A stretch of DNA of 64,000 nt from Pseudomonadota bacterium (GCA_040387325.1 JAZKDY010000076.1:6438-70437); one strand, 5' to 3'. Positions 35,596-45,963 are shown, counted from the stretch's first letter. Translations and numbers: made by a program. Notes: generated by a model from the letters alone, not told the origin.

Positions 35596-37200
35596 ATGGA
35601 TGCTGCGGAATTTGACTATGTGGTCGTAGGTGCCGGGTCTGCGGGCTGTGTGGTGGCCGCGCGCCTGAGCGAGGACCCACAGGTGACCGTGTGTCTGCTG
35701 GAGGCCGGTGGTCCCGATAACAGTGTGCTGATCCATGCCCCGGCAGGTGTGGTGGCCATGGTGCCGACCAAGATCAACAACTACGGCTACGAGACCGTAC
35801 CCCAGCCCGGGCTGAACGGCCGTACGGGGTACCAGCCACGCGGCAAAACCCTGGGTGGGTCCAGCTCCATCAATGCCATGTTGTATGTGCGTGGCAACCG
35901 CTGGGACTACGACCATTGGGCTGAGTTGGGTAACCCCGGCTGGGGGTATGACGAGGTGTTGCCGCTGTTCAAGCGCGCAGAGAACAACGAGCAGATGCAC
36001 GATGCCTTCCACGGCCAGGGCGGGCCGCTGAACGTGACCTATCCGCGTTTTGACAGTCCCATCAGCCAGATGTTTCTGGACGCTGCCGCGCTGAATGGCA
36101 TCCCGCTGAATGCGGACTACAACGGTGCCCAGCAGGAGGGAGCCTTCCTGTACCAGGTGACGCATAAGAACGGCGAACGCTGCAGCGCGGCCAAGGGCTA
36201 CCTGACGCCCAACCTGAACCGGCCCAATCTGAAGGTCATCACCCGTGCTGTTACGGCCAAGCTCACGCTGGAAGGCAAGCGTGCCACCGGTGTGCAGTAC
36301 TACCTTGGCAACCAGTTGCACACGGTGCGTGCGCGGCGTGAAGTGGTGGTGTCGGCCGGCGCATTTGGCTCGCCCCAGCTGCTGCAGTTGTCGGGCATAG
36401 GCGCGGCGGACGAATTGCAGAAGGCGGGAGTGGCCGCCACACACGATTTGCCGGGCGTTGGTAAAAACCTGCAGGACCATATCGACTATGTGCAAAGCTG
36501 GCGTGTGCCCAGCAACACCGCCTCGTTTGGGGTGTCGTTACGCGGCACTGGCAAGATCATGGGTGCGGTGCTGGAGTGGCGCAAGCAGCGCACGGGAATG
36601 CTCACCAGCACTATCGCATCCGCCGGGGCCTTCTTCAAGTCCAACCCTGCGGTCGCCATCCCCGATCTGCAACTGGTGTTTGTGCTGGCGCTGGTGGACG
36701 ACCATGCACGCAAGCCGCACCTGGGCCATGGCATTTCCTGCCATGTGGACGTGTTGCGGCCCTACAGCCGCGGCACGGTAGGGCTGGCCAGCGCCGACCC
36801 GCGCGCGGCACCGGTCATCGACCCGTGCTTCCTGTCGGATGAACGTGATCTGCAATTGCTGGTCCAAGGCGGTCGGATGCAGCAGCGCATCCTGGAATCC
36901 AGCGCTATGGCCCCCGTGCGCGGCAAGATGCTGTACGCGGTGCAGGCCAACGACCCCCGGGCCATGGAGCAGGACATCCGCAACCGTGCTGACACGCAGT
37001 ACCACCCGGTGGGCACCTGCAAGATGGGCCCCGATAGCGACCCCATGGCGGTGGTCGATGCGCAACTGCGCATCAAGGGCATCACTGGCCTGCGCGTGGC
37101 AGATGCGTCCATCATGCCCACGCTGATTGGCGGCAACACCAATGCACCCAGCATCATGATCGGCGAGAAGGCCGCCGACCTGATCCGCGCAACCCACTGA
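35596..37200 (+). CDS. GMC oxidoreductase (AlkJ/BetA-like alcohol dehydrogenase)
   Basis: GAGSAG, PRGKTLGGSSSIN, GKNLQDH, YHPVGTCKMG, GNTNAP. Confidence 0.92.
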   Translation: MDAAEFDYVVVGAGSAGCVVAARLSEDPQVTVCLLEAGGPDNSVLIHAPAGVVAMVPTKINNYGYETVPQPGLNGRTGYQPRGKTLGGSSSINAMLYVRGNRWDYDHWAELGNPGWGYDEVLPLFKRAENNEQMHDAFHGQGGPLNVTYPRFDSPISQMFLDAAALNGIPLNADYNGAQQEGAFLYQVTHKNGERCSAAKGYLTPNLNRPNLKVITRAVTAKLTLEGKRATGVQYYLGNQLHTVRARREVVVSAGAFGSPQLLQLSGIGAADELQKAGVAATHDLPGVGKNLQDHIDYVQSWRVPSNTASFGVSLRGTGKIMGAVLEWRKQRTGMLTSTIASAGAFFKSNPAVAIPDLQLVFVLALVDDHARKPHLGHGISCHVDVLRPYSRGTVGLASADPRAAPVIDPCFLSDERDLQLLVQGGRMQQRILESSAMAPVRGKMLYAVQANDPRAMEQDIRNRADTQYHPVGTCKMGPDSDPMAVVDAQLRIKGITGLRVADASIMPTLIGGNTNAPSIMIGEKAADLIRATH

Positions 37201-37225
37201 ATACAACGACCCGAAGAGACACCCC

Positions 37226-39193
37226 ATGAAAAATTCAACATTCAACATCACACTGCTGGCCGCCTTGCTGGCGTTGGCGGGTTGCGGCAAGAACACCGGC
37301 ATTGGCGGCACGGCGGGCGACGCCACAGCCACCACCCTGGCCGCCAACGCCCAGTTTGCCAAGGAACTGCACCTGGGTGACCCGCAGGACTTTGAGGACG
37401 CCAAACGCGGCTTCATGGCCAAGCCAAGCGGAAAGATCACGACGGCCGACGGCACGGTGTTGAAGGACTTTGATGCCTACAACTTCCTGGACGGCAAGCC
37501 CGCCGACACCGTCAACCCCAGCCTGTGGCGCCATGCGCAGCTGAACGCCAACTTCGGCCTGTTCAAGGTGATGGAAGGCGTCTACCAGTTGCGTGGCTTT
37601 GACATCGCCAACATGACGCTGATTGACAGCAAAAACGGCTGGATCGTGGTGGACCCGCTGACGGCGCCTGAAACTTCCAGTGCCGCACTGGCCTTTGCGC
37701 GCCAGCACCTGGGCAACAAGCCTGTCACCGCCGTGATCCTGACACATGCCCATGCCGACCACTTTGGTGGTGTGTTGGGCGTGGTGAGCCCCAAAGAAGT
37801 GGCTGAACGCAAGATACCCATCGTGGCGCCGGAAGGTTTTATGGAAGAAGCCACCAGCGAAAACGTGATGGTGGGTACCGCGATGGCTCGCCGCTCCCTG
37901 TACCAGTTCGGCCGTGACCTGCCGCGTACTGCCAAGGGCAATGTGGACACCGGTCTTGGCAAGGACGTGGCCTACGGCAGCATCGGCATCATTGCGCCCA
38001 ACGCACTGGTCACCCAGGCCGAACAGAAGATGGACATCGACGGCGTGGGTTTTGTGTTCTACAACGCGCCAGGCGCGGAGTGCCCGGCAGAGATGACCTT
38101 CAGTATCCCCGCCAAGCGTCTGTATGACGGGGCCGAAAACCTCGCCCAGACCATGCACAACCTGCTGCCCGTGCGCGGCGCCAAGGTACGTGACGCCTTG
38201 CGCTGGTCCAATTACATGGACCAGGCGCTGGTCCAGACCCAAGACGCCGACATCTATATGGCATCCCACAACTGGCCCATATGGGGCAAGGCCAACATCC
38301 AGAAACACATCACCATGCACCGTGATGTCTACAAATACACACACGACCAGACGGTGCGGCTGATCAACGCCGGCCACACGCCACGCGAAATCGCGGACCT
38401 GATCAAGCTGCCCAAGCCGCTATCCGATTACTTTGGCGCACGCGGGTATTACGGTGACCTGCGCCACAACGTGAAAGCGGTTTACCAGTTCTATCTGGGT
38501 GCCTATGACGGCAACCCTGCCAACCTGAACCCCCTGCCCCCGCAGGAGTCTGCCAAGCGTTACCTTGAGCTGATCGGGGGGGCCGACAAGGCAGTTTCTG
38601 CCGCGCAAGTCGCTTATGACAAGGGCGACTACCGCTGGGCCGCCGAGCTGCTGAACCAGGCCGTGTTTGGTGATCCTTCGAGCAAAGCCGCCAAGGAACT
38701 GCTGGCCAAGACTTATGACCAGATGGGCTACATGGCCGAAGCCTCGACCTGGCGCAACAGCTACCTGTCTGCCGCACAGGAACTGCGCAATGGCCCGCCG
38801 GCCAAGGGCGTGTCCAAGGCCATGTTGATGCAAATGCTGTTGCAGACCCCGATCGAGCGTTTCCTGGAAGCCATGGCCGGTGGCTTGAATGGGCCCAATG
38901 CCGAGGGCAAGGACCTCAAGGTCAATCTGGTGCTGACTGACATAAACGAATCCTACGTGTTGTGGATTGAAAACGCCGTATTGCACTTCAAGAAGGCGCC
39001 ACCCGCAGACGATGCCAACGCAACGCTGACACTGACCAAGGACATCTTTGTCAAGATGATCGCCGGTACCGCAGGTGTGAAAGACACACTGCTGAGCGAC
39101 GACCTGAAAGTGGGCGGCAGCAAGATTGACCTGGTGCGCTTCTTCGGCCTGATCGACAAGGCCCCCGGTAACTTTGCCATCGTGACCAGATAG
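37226..39193 (+). CDS. Alkyl sulfatase, SdsA1/Pisa1 type (MBL, dimerisation, SCP-2 domains), lipoprotein
   Basis: Lipobox LAGC; THAHADHFGG, HNLLPVRGAKVRD, HNWPIWG, RGYYG; C-terminal SCP-2-like domain. Confidence 0.9.
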   Translation: MKNSTFNITLLAALLALAGCGKNTGIGGTAGDATATTLAANAQFAKELHLGDPQDFEDAKRGFMAKPSGKITTADGTVLKDFDAYNFLDGKPADTVNPSLWRHAQLNANFGLFKVMEGVYQLRGFDIANMTLIDSKNGWIVVDPLTAPETSSAALAFARQHLGNKPVTAVILTHAHADHFGGVLGVVSPKEVAERKIPIVAPEGFMEEATSENVMVGTAMARRSLYQFGRDLPRTAKGNVDTGLGKDVAYGSIGIIAPNALVTQAEQKMDIDGVGFVFYNAPGAECPAEMTFSIPAKRLYDGAENLAQTMHNLLPVRGAKVRDALRWSNYMDQALVQTQDADIYMASHNWPIWGKANIQKHITMHRDVYKYTHDQTVRLINAGHTPREIADLIKLPKPLSDYFGARGYYGDLRHNVKAVYQFYLGAYDGNPANLNPLPPQESAKRYLELIGGADKAVSAAQVAYDKGDYRWAAELLNQAVFGDPSSKAAKELLAKTYDQMGYMAEASTWRNSYLSAAQELRNGPPAKGVSKAMLMQMLLQTPIERFLEAMAGGLNGPNAEGKDLKVNLVLTDINESYVLWIENAVLHFKKAPPADDANATLTLTKDIFVKMIAGTAGVKDTLLSDDLKVGGSKIDLVRFFGLIDKAPGNFAIVTR

Positions 39194-39202
39194 AAAGCGC
39201 CC

Positions 39203-39838
39203 ATGCTTTTCACTACGCCCTGCGCTGGCCTGCCAGCCCCATACAAAGCCAAGTCCCGGCTTCTGTGCCGTGTTGTTGCCGGCGCGCTTGCCGCGTGCCT
39301 GGGTATGGCTGCGCCCGCCGCACCACTGGAGATCGCCGGTGTCGCTGTGGAGCCCAGTGTTACCGTGGCCGGCATACCGCTGGTGCTCAACGGCGCCGGT
39401 GTGCGTTACAAGAGTTTTGCCAAGGTCAATGTCACCGAGATCCATGCCAGCAAGAAATTTGCCTCGCTGGACGAACTGGTGGCACTGCCCGGCCCCAAGC
39501 GGGTTACGCTGACCATGCTGCGTGAAGTACCGTCGGGCATGATGGGCAAGTCGCTGACACGCGGCATAGAGGACAACTACCCAAAATCCGAAGTATCCAA
39601 ACTCGTGCCCAGCCTGATCCGCATCAGCGAGGTCTTCAACGCCCACAAGGTGCTGTCCGCCGGGGACAAGGTATTGGTGGAGTGGATTCCCGGGACCGGT
39701 ACCGTTGTCACCGTGCGCGGCAAGGTGCAGGGTGAGCCCTTCAGGGAGCCTGAGTTCTTCAAGGCCATGTTATCGATCTGGCTTGGGCCAGTGCCCGTGG
39801 ATTTCAAACTCAAGGACGCTCTGCTGGGACAACCCTAG
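39203..39838 (+). CDS. Chalcone isomerase-like protein
   Basis: LVLNGAGVRYK...FFKAMLSIWLGPVPVDFKLKDALLG. Confidence 0.85.
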   Translation: MLFTTPCAGLPAPYKAKSRLLCRVVAGALAACLGMAAPAAPLEIAGVAVEPSVTVAGIPLVLNGAGVRYKSFAKVNVTEIHASKKFASLDELVALPGPKRVTLTMLREVPSGMMGKSLTRGIEDNYPKSEVSKLVPSLIRISEVFNAHKVLSAGDKVLVEWIPGTGTVVTVRGKVQGEPFREPEFFKAMLSIWLGPVPVDFKLKDALLGQP

Positions 39839-39843
39839 CGGGC

Positions 39844-40326
39844 TTAGGGCACCGCCTTGATGGCGGTCAACCGGGTCTCCAGCTCCTGCCGCAACTCCTT
39901 GCGCAGCAGCGCCTGCTCAAAACGGCGCTTCTCACGTGCGCTGTGGGGTTGCAGCGCCGGCACGGCGACCGGACGGCGGTCATCGTCCACCGCCACCATG
40001 GTGAAGAAGCAGCTGTTGACGTGGCGCTTTTGCTGGCTGCGGATGTTCTCGGCAATCACCTTGATACCAATCTCCATCGACGATTTTCCGGTGTAGTTGA
40101 CACTGGCCAAAAACGTGACCAGTTCCCCCACATGGACGGGCTGGCGAAACATGACCTGGTCCACGCTGACGGTCACTACGTAGCGCGCCGCATACCGGCT
40201 GGCGCAGGCATAGGCCACCTGGTCCAGGAACTTCAGCAGCGTGCCGCCGTGCACATTGCCGGCAAAGTTGGCCATATCGGGCGTCATCAGGACGGTCATG
40301 CTGAGCGCGTGTGTGGGTGTTTCCAT
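39844..40326 (-). CDS. Acyl-CoA thioesterase (YciA-like hotdog fold)
   Basis: ANFAGNVHGGTLLK, VTVSVD, TGKSSMEIG. Confidence 0.9.
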   Translation of the reverse strand: METPTHALSMTVLMTPDMANFAGNVHGGTLLKFLDQVAYACASRYAARYVVTVSVDQVMFRQPVHVGELVTFLASVNYTGKSSMEIGIKVIAENIRSQQKRHVNSCFFTMVAVDDDRRPVAVPALQPHSAREKRRFEQALLRKELRQELETRLTAIKAVP

Positions 40327-40402
40327 GGCATTCGATGTTTACGGGGTGTTGTAAAGTGGGCTGCACGGATTGTCTCCGCTTGTGCCAGGCCTGTTTTTTG
40401 GG

Positions 40403-40418
40403 TGTGCTGTGGCACACG
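40403..40418 (+). promoter_or_regulatory. Crp/Fnr-type box 13 (hypothetical secreted protein)
   Basis: TGTGCT-GTGG-CACACG then GAC; CATGAT 21 nt downstream (40440-40445). Confidence 0.55.
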
Positions 40419-40488
40419 GACACGGTTGCGGCCTCTGGGCATGATGGTTGTGCAATGGTATTTGCAATACAAGGGACACACCTGCACC

Positions 40489-41388
40489 ATGACCCGTACT
40501 TTTTCGTTTCTCGCAATTCCGTTTCTCACAATTGCGCTGCAGGCACTGGCCCCCGCAGCCGTAGCTGCCCCGGTCGGCCCCGACGTTTCCCGCCTGCTGG
40601 CCAGCCACAGCGAGTTCCAGCCCCAGCTCAAGGCCAAGGCTCTGGGAGAGCCGCTGCACCTGGTGTCGCAGGACACCGGTAGCCGTTTGAATGCCGACGT
40701 GTATGCCGAAGTGCCCCAGCCGTTCAAACCCCTGAGCAGTCTGCTCAGTTCGCCGGACAGTGTCTGCGGCGTGATGTTTTTGCACCTGAATGTGCGCGCC
40801 TGCAAGGCCACCCGCAACGCCCAGGGCGATGGTCTGGTGTTGTCGGCCGGCCCCAAGCAGGGCAGCAATGGGGGCGCGGTCTACACCATGCAGTACACGA
40901 TGCGGGTCGAGGCCAGTACCCCGGACTATGTGCGGGTAGCGCTGACAGCGGCCAGCGGTCCGCTGTCCACGTCGGACTACCGCATCGTCTTCGAGGCCAC
41001 GCCGCTGGAGGGGCAGCGCACCTTCCTGCGCTTTGGTTACAGCTACAGCTACGGCAGCATGGCCAAAATGGCCATGGGACTCTACCTGTCCACAGCCGGG
41101 CGCAGCAAGATAGGTTTTACGGTGGTGGGTACGGGGGCCGACGGCAAACCCAAACATGTGCAGGGTGAACGCGGCTCCATTGAGCGCAATGTCATCCGCA
41201 ACTACCTGGCGCTACTGGCTTACACCAGCATTCCCGGCGCCGTGGGCCAGCCCCAGATGGACGCACGCCTGCGCGCCTGGTTTGCCTTGTCGGAGCGTTA
41301 CGCCCCGCAATTGCACGAACTTACACTGGACGAATACCTCACGCAAAAACACGAAGACCTGGCGCATCCGCAGGTCGCCACGCGTTAG
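40489..41388 (+). CDS. Secreted hypothetical protein
   Basis: Signal peptide from MTRTFSFLA; normal codon usage; family not recognised. Confidence 0.7.
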   Translation: MTRTFSFLAIPFLTIALQALAPAAVAAPVGPDVSRLLASHSEFQPQLKAKALGEPLHLVSQDTGSRLNADVYAEVPQPFKPLSSLLSSPDSVCGVMFLHLNVRACKATRNAQGDGLVLSAGPKQGSNGGAVYTMQYTMRVEASTPDYVRVALTAASGPLSTSDYRIVFEATPLEGQRTFLRFGYSYSYGSMAKMAMGLYLSTAGRSKIGFTVVGTGADGKPKHVQGERGSIERNVIRNYLALLAYTSIPGAVGQPQMDARLRAWFALSERYAPQLHELTLDEYLTQKHEDLAHPQVATR

Positions 41389-42665
41389 GGCGTGACCAGC
41401 CCGTCCATACGCACCACCTCAAAGCTGGACCCCTTGACGCTGCCCAGCTCGGACACCAGCTTGTCGTTGTTCCAGCGCGGGTCGGGTGCGCCACTGACAT
41501 ACCAGTTGGAGCCGTTGTCGGCCAGCAGCATGCCGTAGGTCTTCATGCTCTGCAAAATGGCCTTGCTCTCGGTGCTGAAGTTGCTCGGAATCACATAACT
41601 GGCCTTCAGCCGCACCCGCATGCCCATGGGCGGCACGTTGGCGCTGGTGTTGCTGGACGCCCAGTGGGTGGCGGGTGGCACATAGGCGCGGCGGGTGGTG
41701 CTGGCGGTAAACCGCAGCGCGTGCCGGATCACACCGGTAGAGGCTTCGTCATACCGCGCCAGACCCGGAAAGATGGGAAGGCCCGCCGCATCGGCGCTGG
41801 TCCAGCCCGGCTGGCCACCAGGGCGCACGGTGTTGGAGTTTGTGTGGAACACCGCACCGCCACTGGCACGCCACGTGCCACCAGCCTGCGGATACGAGTT
41901 ACCGGTTTCATAGAGGCGGTTGGCATCGCGGTCTATGACCAGCACATGGCGGTCACCACCGAAGGCGCTGCCATTGGCCTGTTGGCCTTCGATCGGGGCG
42001 TCGGCCGGTATCGGGTAGGGGCCGGGGTCGCTCTCGTCACCATAGTCGGTAAACGTGACGGCCACCTTGGGTTGGGTAGACGACACCACCACGTAGGGAA
42101 TGCCGATCGGCGCGCCTTCGTAAAGGCCGGAGCCAAAGTCCGGGTGCAGGCCGCGGGTCAGCCCTATGCTGGCGATCAGCGCATCCGAATTGGCGTCTAC
42201 AGCGGCTCCCGAAATATCCGTGTTCCAGGCGTTGTTGGCCGGGAACGGAATAGCGCCGTTCAGGCTGGCACCGGCGCCCAGACTGGCACCGCTCAGGTTG
42301 GCGTACACAGCGCCCGACCCCGGTGTGCTGCTGCCCACGCTCAGCAGCGTGTAGGTGTTGATACGCACCCGCACATTGTTGTACGTGGCACCCTGGAACG
42401 TGACCGCACCCAGCGTGAGCAGGTTGGTGCCCGCGTCAAAGGTGTCCGCCACCGGTGTGCCACCGTCCACCCCCAGCAGGGTATAGGCGCTCACCGTGGC
42501 CCGGACATTGTTGTAGGTGGTGCCACCCAGGCTCACCGCGTCCAGCGTCAGCAACTGGGTATTGGCATCAAAGGCATCCACTGCCTGCGCAGCAAAAGAT
42601 GCCACCAGGGACACTACGGCAGCGGCGCCCGCCGTGTACGCCAAGGTTTTGTTTTTCAGCTTCAT
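41385..42665 (-). CDS. Secreted protein with two N-terminal 44-aa repeats and an uncharacterised C-terminal domain
   Basis: GAGG RBS; signal peptide; repeats FDA.T.LLTL.AV...G.TYNNVR; FPANNAWNTDIS, GGDRHVLVID, SADAAGLP, YGMLLADNG. Confidence 0.8.
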   Translation of the reverse strand: MKLKNKTLAYTAGAAAVVSLVASFAAQAVDAFDANTQLLTLDAVSLGGTTYNNVRATVSAYTLLGVDGGTPVADTFDAGTNLLTLGAVTFQGATYNNVRVRINTYTLLSVGSSTPGSGAVYANLSGASLGAGASLNGAIPFPANNAWNTDISGAAVDANSDALIASIGLTRGLHPDFGSGLYEGAPIGIPYVVVSSTQPKVAVTFTDYGDESDPGPYPIPADAPIEGQQANGSAFGGDRHVLVIDRDANRLYETGNSYPQAGGTWRASGGAVFHTNSNTVRPGGQPGWTSADAAGLPIFPGLARYDEASTGVIRHALRFTASTTRRAYVPPATHWASSNTSANVPPMGMRVRLKASYVIPSNFSTESKAILQSMKTYGMLLADNGSNWYVSGAPDPRWNNDKLVSELGSVKGSSFEVVRMDGLVTP

Positions 42666-42777
42666 GGTTACCTCTCGAATGCCACGGCATATCTTCGCCC
42701 TTTTGGCGGCGCAAATGCAGGGGAGCTACCCGTGCATTTTGTAACCGTTGGTGACCAGCAGCTGGGACCTTATGAAG

Positions 42778-42831
42778 AATTGGCCTGTAGCCCCCGTAGT
42801 ATATGAATGCAGTGCTACTAAATTAGTAGCA
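42778..42831 (+). repeat. 54-bp dispersed element, copy A
   Basis: AATTGGCCTGTAGCCCCCG-N17-GCTACTAAATTAGTAGCA (perfect terminal palindrome). Confidence 0.75.
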
Positions 42832-42839
42832 AATGGTTC

Positions 42840-45185
42840 TCAAACCCTGGGTGGATCGGTCTCCCGCTCCGGGTGCCGGTGTTTGCCAATGCCCTGGATG
42901 AACAGGTCCACTGACAACGCTGCATCCGCACTGGCAAAAATTAATCCGGGGTCGGCGCCGCCGGCCGGCAGTTCTCGCGGCAGGTTCGCCAGGTCCACCA
43001 AACGGTCCGACGCACCCAGCACCAGCAGCGTCTTGCCGTGGCGAAACTGGTCCTTGATGCATTCCATGGTGTGGCAGTCGCGCGCCAGCGCCGCAACGGC
43101 GTCGTCACCGTCTGGCAGCACCAGCGCATCAAACAGAAAGCCAGGCTCGTTTTCCAGCGAGGCGTCGGCCTCGATGGCCACACCATCGGTGGTCTTGACC
43201 GGCCCGATGCGGGGCGCCACAAAACGCGGCACCGCGCCCTGGGCCAGCAGGGCAGCGTGCACGACGGCCGCGCTTTTTCCGACCATGCCGTTGGCGGCCA
43301 GTATCGCCACCGTGCGGCCTTTGATGGACCCATCGCCCGGGCGGGCGGTGAGTGACAGCGCAGCAGACACTGCCACCTCGGGTTTGGGAGGCTTGGGCAA
43401 GGCCCGCGGCATGGGCTCGGGCAGTGTTGCCATGCCCAACCCGTCGGCAACCTGCTGTGCCAACGCCTCGGAGACGTTGCGCAACGAGGCCACCATGCGC
43501 TGGCGGATGGCCGGCACCGTCAACTTGCTGAGCTCGAAACGGAAGGCCGCCGCAATGTGCGCCTGCTCCACTGGCGTCTGGCTGTCAAAAAACAGCGTGG
43601 CCTGTGTGTAATGGTCGGCAAACTTCTCGGGCTTGCCGCGCACCTTTGACTGCTCTTCCTTGGCCTGCAGCCGCTCGGGCATGGTGACAAACCCCTGGCC
43701 CGCACCTGCCTGGAAAGGACAACCGCCGCCCAGCGAATTGGGCTCATACGAGACGCGGCCGCGCGGGATGGCCTGGCGGTGCATGCCGTCGCGCTGGTTG
43801 TTGTGGACCGGATTGACGGGGGCATTGATCGGAATCTCGTGAAAATTGGGGCCACCCAGGCGGGAGATCTGGGTATCCACATACGAGTGGATGCGCCCGG
43901 CCAGCAGCGGGTCGTTGGAAAAGTCGATGCCCGGCACCACGTGGGCGGTGCAAAACGCCACCTGCTCGGTCTCGGCAAAGAAGTTGTCCGGGTTGCGGTT
44001 CAACACCATGCGGCCCACGGGCAGGATGGGCACCAGTTCTTCGGGGATCAGCTTGGTCGCATCCAGCACATCAAAACTGAACTGCTCGGCCTGCTCCTCG
44101 GTGAAGATCTGCAGGCCCAACTCCCATTCGGGGAAGGCGCCGGCTTCGATACGATCCCACAGGTCACGGCGGTGGTAGTCGGGGTCGGCGCCCGAAATCT
44201 TCACTGCCTCGTCCCAGACCAGCGAATGGGTGCCGAACTCGGGGTTCCAGTGGAACTTCACAAACACCGACACGTTGTCCGCGTTGACCATGCGGAAGGT
44301 GTGCACACCAAAACCCTGCATGGTGGCGTAACTGCGCGGAATGGAGCGGTCGCTCATGGCCCACATCAACATATGGGTGGATTCGGGCATCAGGGACACA
44401 AAGTCCCAGAACGTGTCGTGGGCGCTGGCGGCCTGCGGCATCTGGTGGTGTGGCTCGGGCTTGACGGCGTGCACCAAGTCCGGGAACTTGATCGCGTCCT
44501 GGATGAAAAACACCGGCATGTTGTTGCCCACCAGGTCCCAGTTGCCTTCGTCGGTGTAAAACTTGACGGCAAAACCGCGCACATCGCGTGCGGTGTCCTT
44601 GGAGCCGCGCTCACCCGCTACCGTAGAGAAGCGCACAAACACCGGGGTCAGCTTGCCCTTCTGCTGAAACGGCGCTGCCTTGGTGTACCGGGCCAGTGGT
44701 TTGTAACATTCAAAGTAGCCGTGGGCACCCGAGCCGCGTGCATGCACGATGCGCTCCGGAATGCGCTCATGGTCAAAGTGCGTGAGCTTTTCGCGCAGGA
44801 TGAAGTCTTCCAGCAGCACCGGTCCACGCAGCCCGGCTTTCAGCGAACTCTGGTTGTCGGCAATGACCACGCCCTGGTTGGTGGTCAGGCGCTGGCCACT
44901 GGAGTCCACACGTACGCGGTCCAGTGTTTCGATGCTGGCGTTCAGGCCCTCGGGGGCCACACTGCCGGTTTTTTGCGTGCCGTTTTCTTCAGTCAGTGTG
45001 CTGCCTGTAGGTAGCCGCGATGCCGGCGCGTTGGTCTGGCCGGTATGCGGCTGTCGGGCATTGGCGAGTCCGTGTTCCACGGCCTTGTTGGCATTGAACA
45101 GCATGGCCGCGGCCAGCCGGTCGGTCTGTTGGGCCTTGGCTGTGGCGGCGCTGGGCGGGTGTGCGGGCGGTATGGCTTTGGTCAT
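42840..45185 (-). CDS. katE: Large-subunit catalase HPII with C-terminal DJ-1/PfpI-like domain
   Basis: [38 protein letters not shown]. Confidence 0.95.
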   Translation of the reverse strand: MTKAIPPAHPPSAATAKAQQTDRLAAAMLFNANKAVEHGLANARQPHTGQTNAPASRLPTGSTLTEENGTQKTGSVAPEGLNASIETLDRVRVDSSGQRLTTNQGVVIADNQSSLKAGLRGPVLLEDFILREKLTHFDHERIPERIVHARGSGAHGYFECYKPLARYTKAAPFQQKGKLTPVFVRFSTVAGERGSKDTARDVRGFAVKFYTDEGNWDLVGNNMPVFFIQDAIKFPDLVHAVKPEPHHQMPQAASAHDTFWDFVSLMPESTHMLMWAMSDRSIPRSYATMQGFGVHTFRMVNADNVSVFVKFHWNPEFGTHSLVWDEAVKISGADPDYHRRDLWDRIEAGAFPEWELGLQIFTEEQAEQFSFDVLDATKLIPEELVPILPVGRMVLNRNPDNFFAETEQVAFCTAHVVPGIDFSNDPLLAGRIHSYVDTQISRLGGPNFHEIPINAPVNPVHNNQRDGMHRQAIPRGRVSYEPNSLGGGCPFQAGAGQGFVTMPERLQAKEEQSKVRGKPEKFADHYTQATLFFDSQTPVEQAHIAAAFRFELSKLTVPAIRQRMVASLRNVSEALAQQVADGLGMATLPEPMPRALPKPPKPEVAVSAALSLTARPGDGSIKGRTVAILAANGMVGKSAAVVHAALLAQGAVPRFVAPRIGPVKTTDGVAIEADASLENEPGFLFDALVLPDGDDAVAALARDCHTMECIKDQFRHGKTLLVLGASDRLVDLANLPRELPAGGADPGLIFASADAALSVDLFIQGIGKHRHPERETDPPRV

Positions 45186-45670
45186 GCGACCACGCTGCCT
45201 TTTTCGGCCAGCAACTCCTCTTTGCGGGCCTCGATTTCAGCGCCCAACTCCACCATGTCCAGTTTGCTGGCATTGGCTTTGGGAAACATTTCGGCGTGTT
45301 CTTCCTTGACATGGTGTTCCACGTACTCAGACAGAACCTTGATCTTGGCATCGAACATTTCGCCGTCGGGCTCCACACCTTCCACCTGTGCGATCAGCGA
45401 TTTCAGCGTGGCGTGTTCGACGGTGGCTTCGGGGATCAGTTCCTTGTCCTTGAGTGCCTTTTTGACCGCGGGGTAGAAGATCTCTTCTTCGACCTGGGCG
45501 TGCACACTCAGCTCCAGGCAGATTTGTGCGACCAGGTCTTTCTTTTTGTCCTTGGAGCGGGCTTTCTCGTATTCGGCAAACAAGCCGCTGACCAGTTTAT
45601 GGTCTGCACGCAGCAGTTCGGTGGCGCCTTTGGCTTTGGCTGCGCGGGGCTTGGAGGTGGCACTGGTCAT
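45182..45670 (-). CDS. Hemerythrin/HHE domain protein
   Basis: ADH, HAQVEEEIFYP, EH, HHVKEEH; AAGGA RBS before MTSAT; ATGA overlap with katE. Confidence 0.88.
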   Translation of the reverse strand: MTSATSKPRAAKAKGATELLRADHKLVSGLFAEYEKARSKDKKKDLVAQICLELSVHAQVEEEIFYPAVKKALKDKELIPEATVEHATLKSLIAQVEGVEPDGEMFDAKIKVLSEYVEHHVKEEHAEMFPKANASKLDMVELGAEIEARKEELLAEKGSVVA

Positions 45671-45728
45671 GGTCGGTTTCCTTTCTTTGGTACATATCGG
45701 GTTGGTAAAGGCAGTTACCGGCCGGGCG

Positions 45729-45884
45729 CTAGCCAAAAACCATGCGCCAGTTCCCGATGCAGGCCGCTGCCAGCAAGCTGGCGAACACGCAAAGGGCCAG
45801 GTAAGCAAGGCTTGCGCGGACTGCGCTGGTGCGACTGGATGGACCGGTTGCAATGGCGTGTTTGGGTTGCAGGTTGGTGTTCAT
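45729..45884 (-). CDS. Putative 51-aa single-TM small protein (not in the ORF track)
   Basis: MNTNLQPKHAIATGPSSRTSAVRASLAYLALCVFASLLAAACIGNWRMVFG*; fills the gap between the box-14 promoter and hemerythrin. Confidence 0.45.
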   Translation of the reverse strand: MNTNLQPKHAIATGPSSRTSAVRASLAYLALCVFASLLAAACIGNWRMVFG

Positions 45885-45963
45885 GGGGGCATCCATCGGG
45901 TTAGAGGGAAGGGCACAACTGTCCGGTAACAGCCCGACGGTAAATCAGGCCCCCGGTGTCCTC

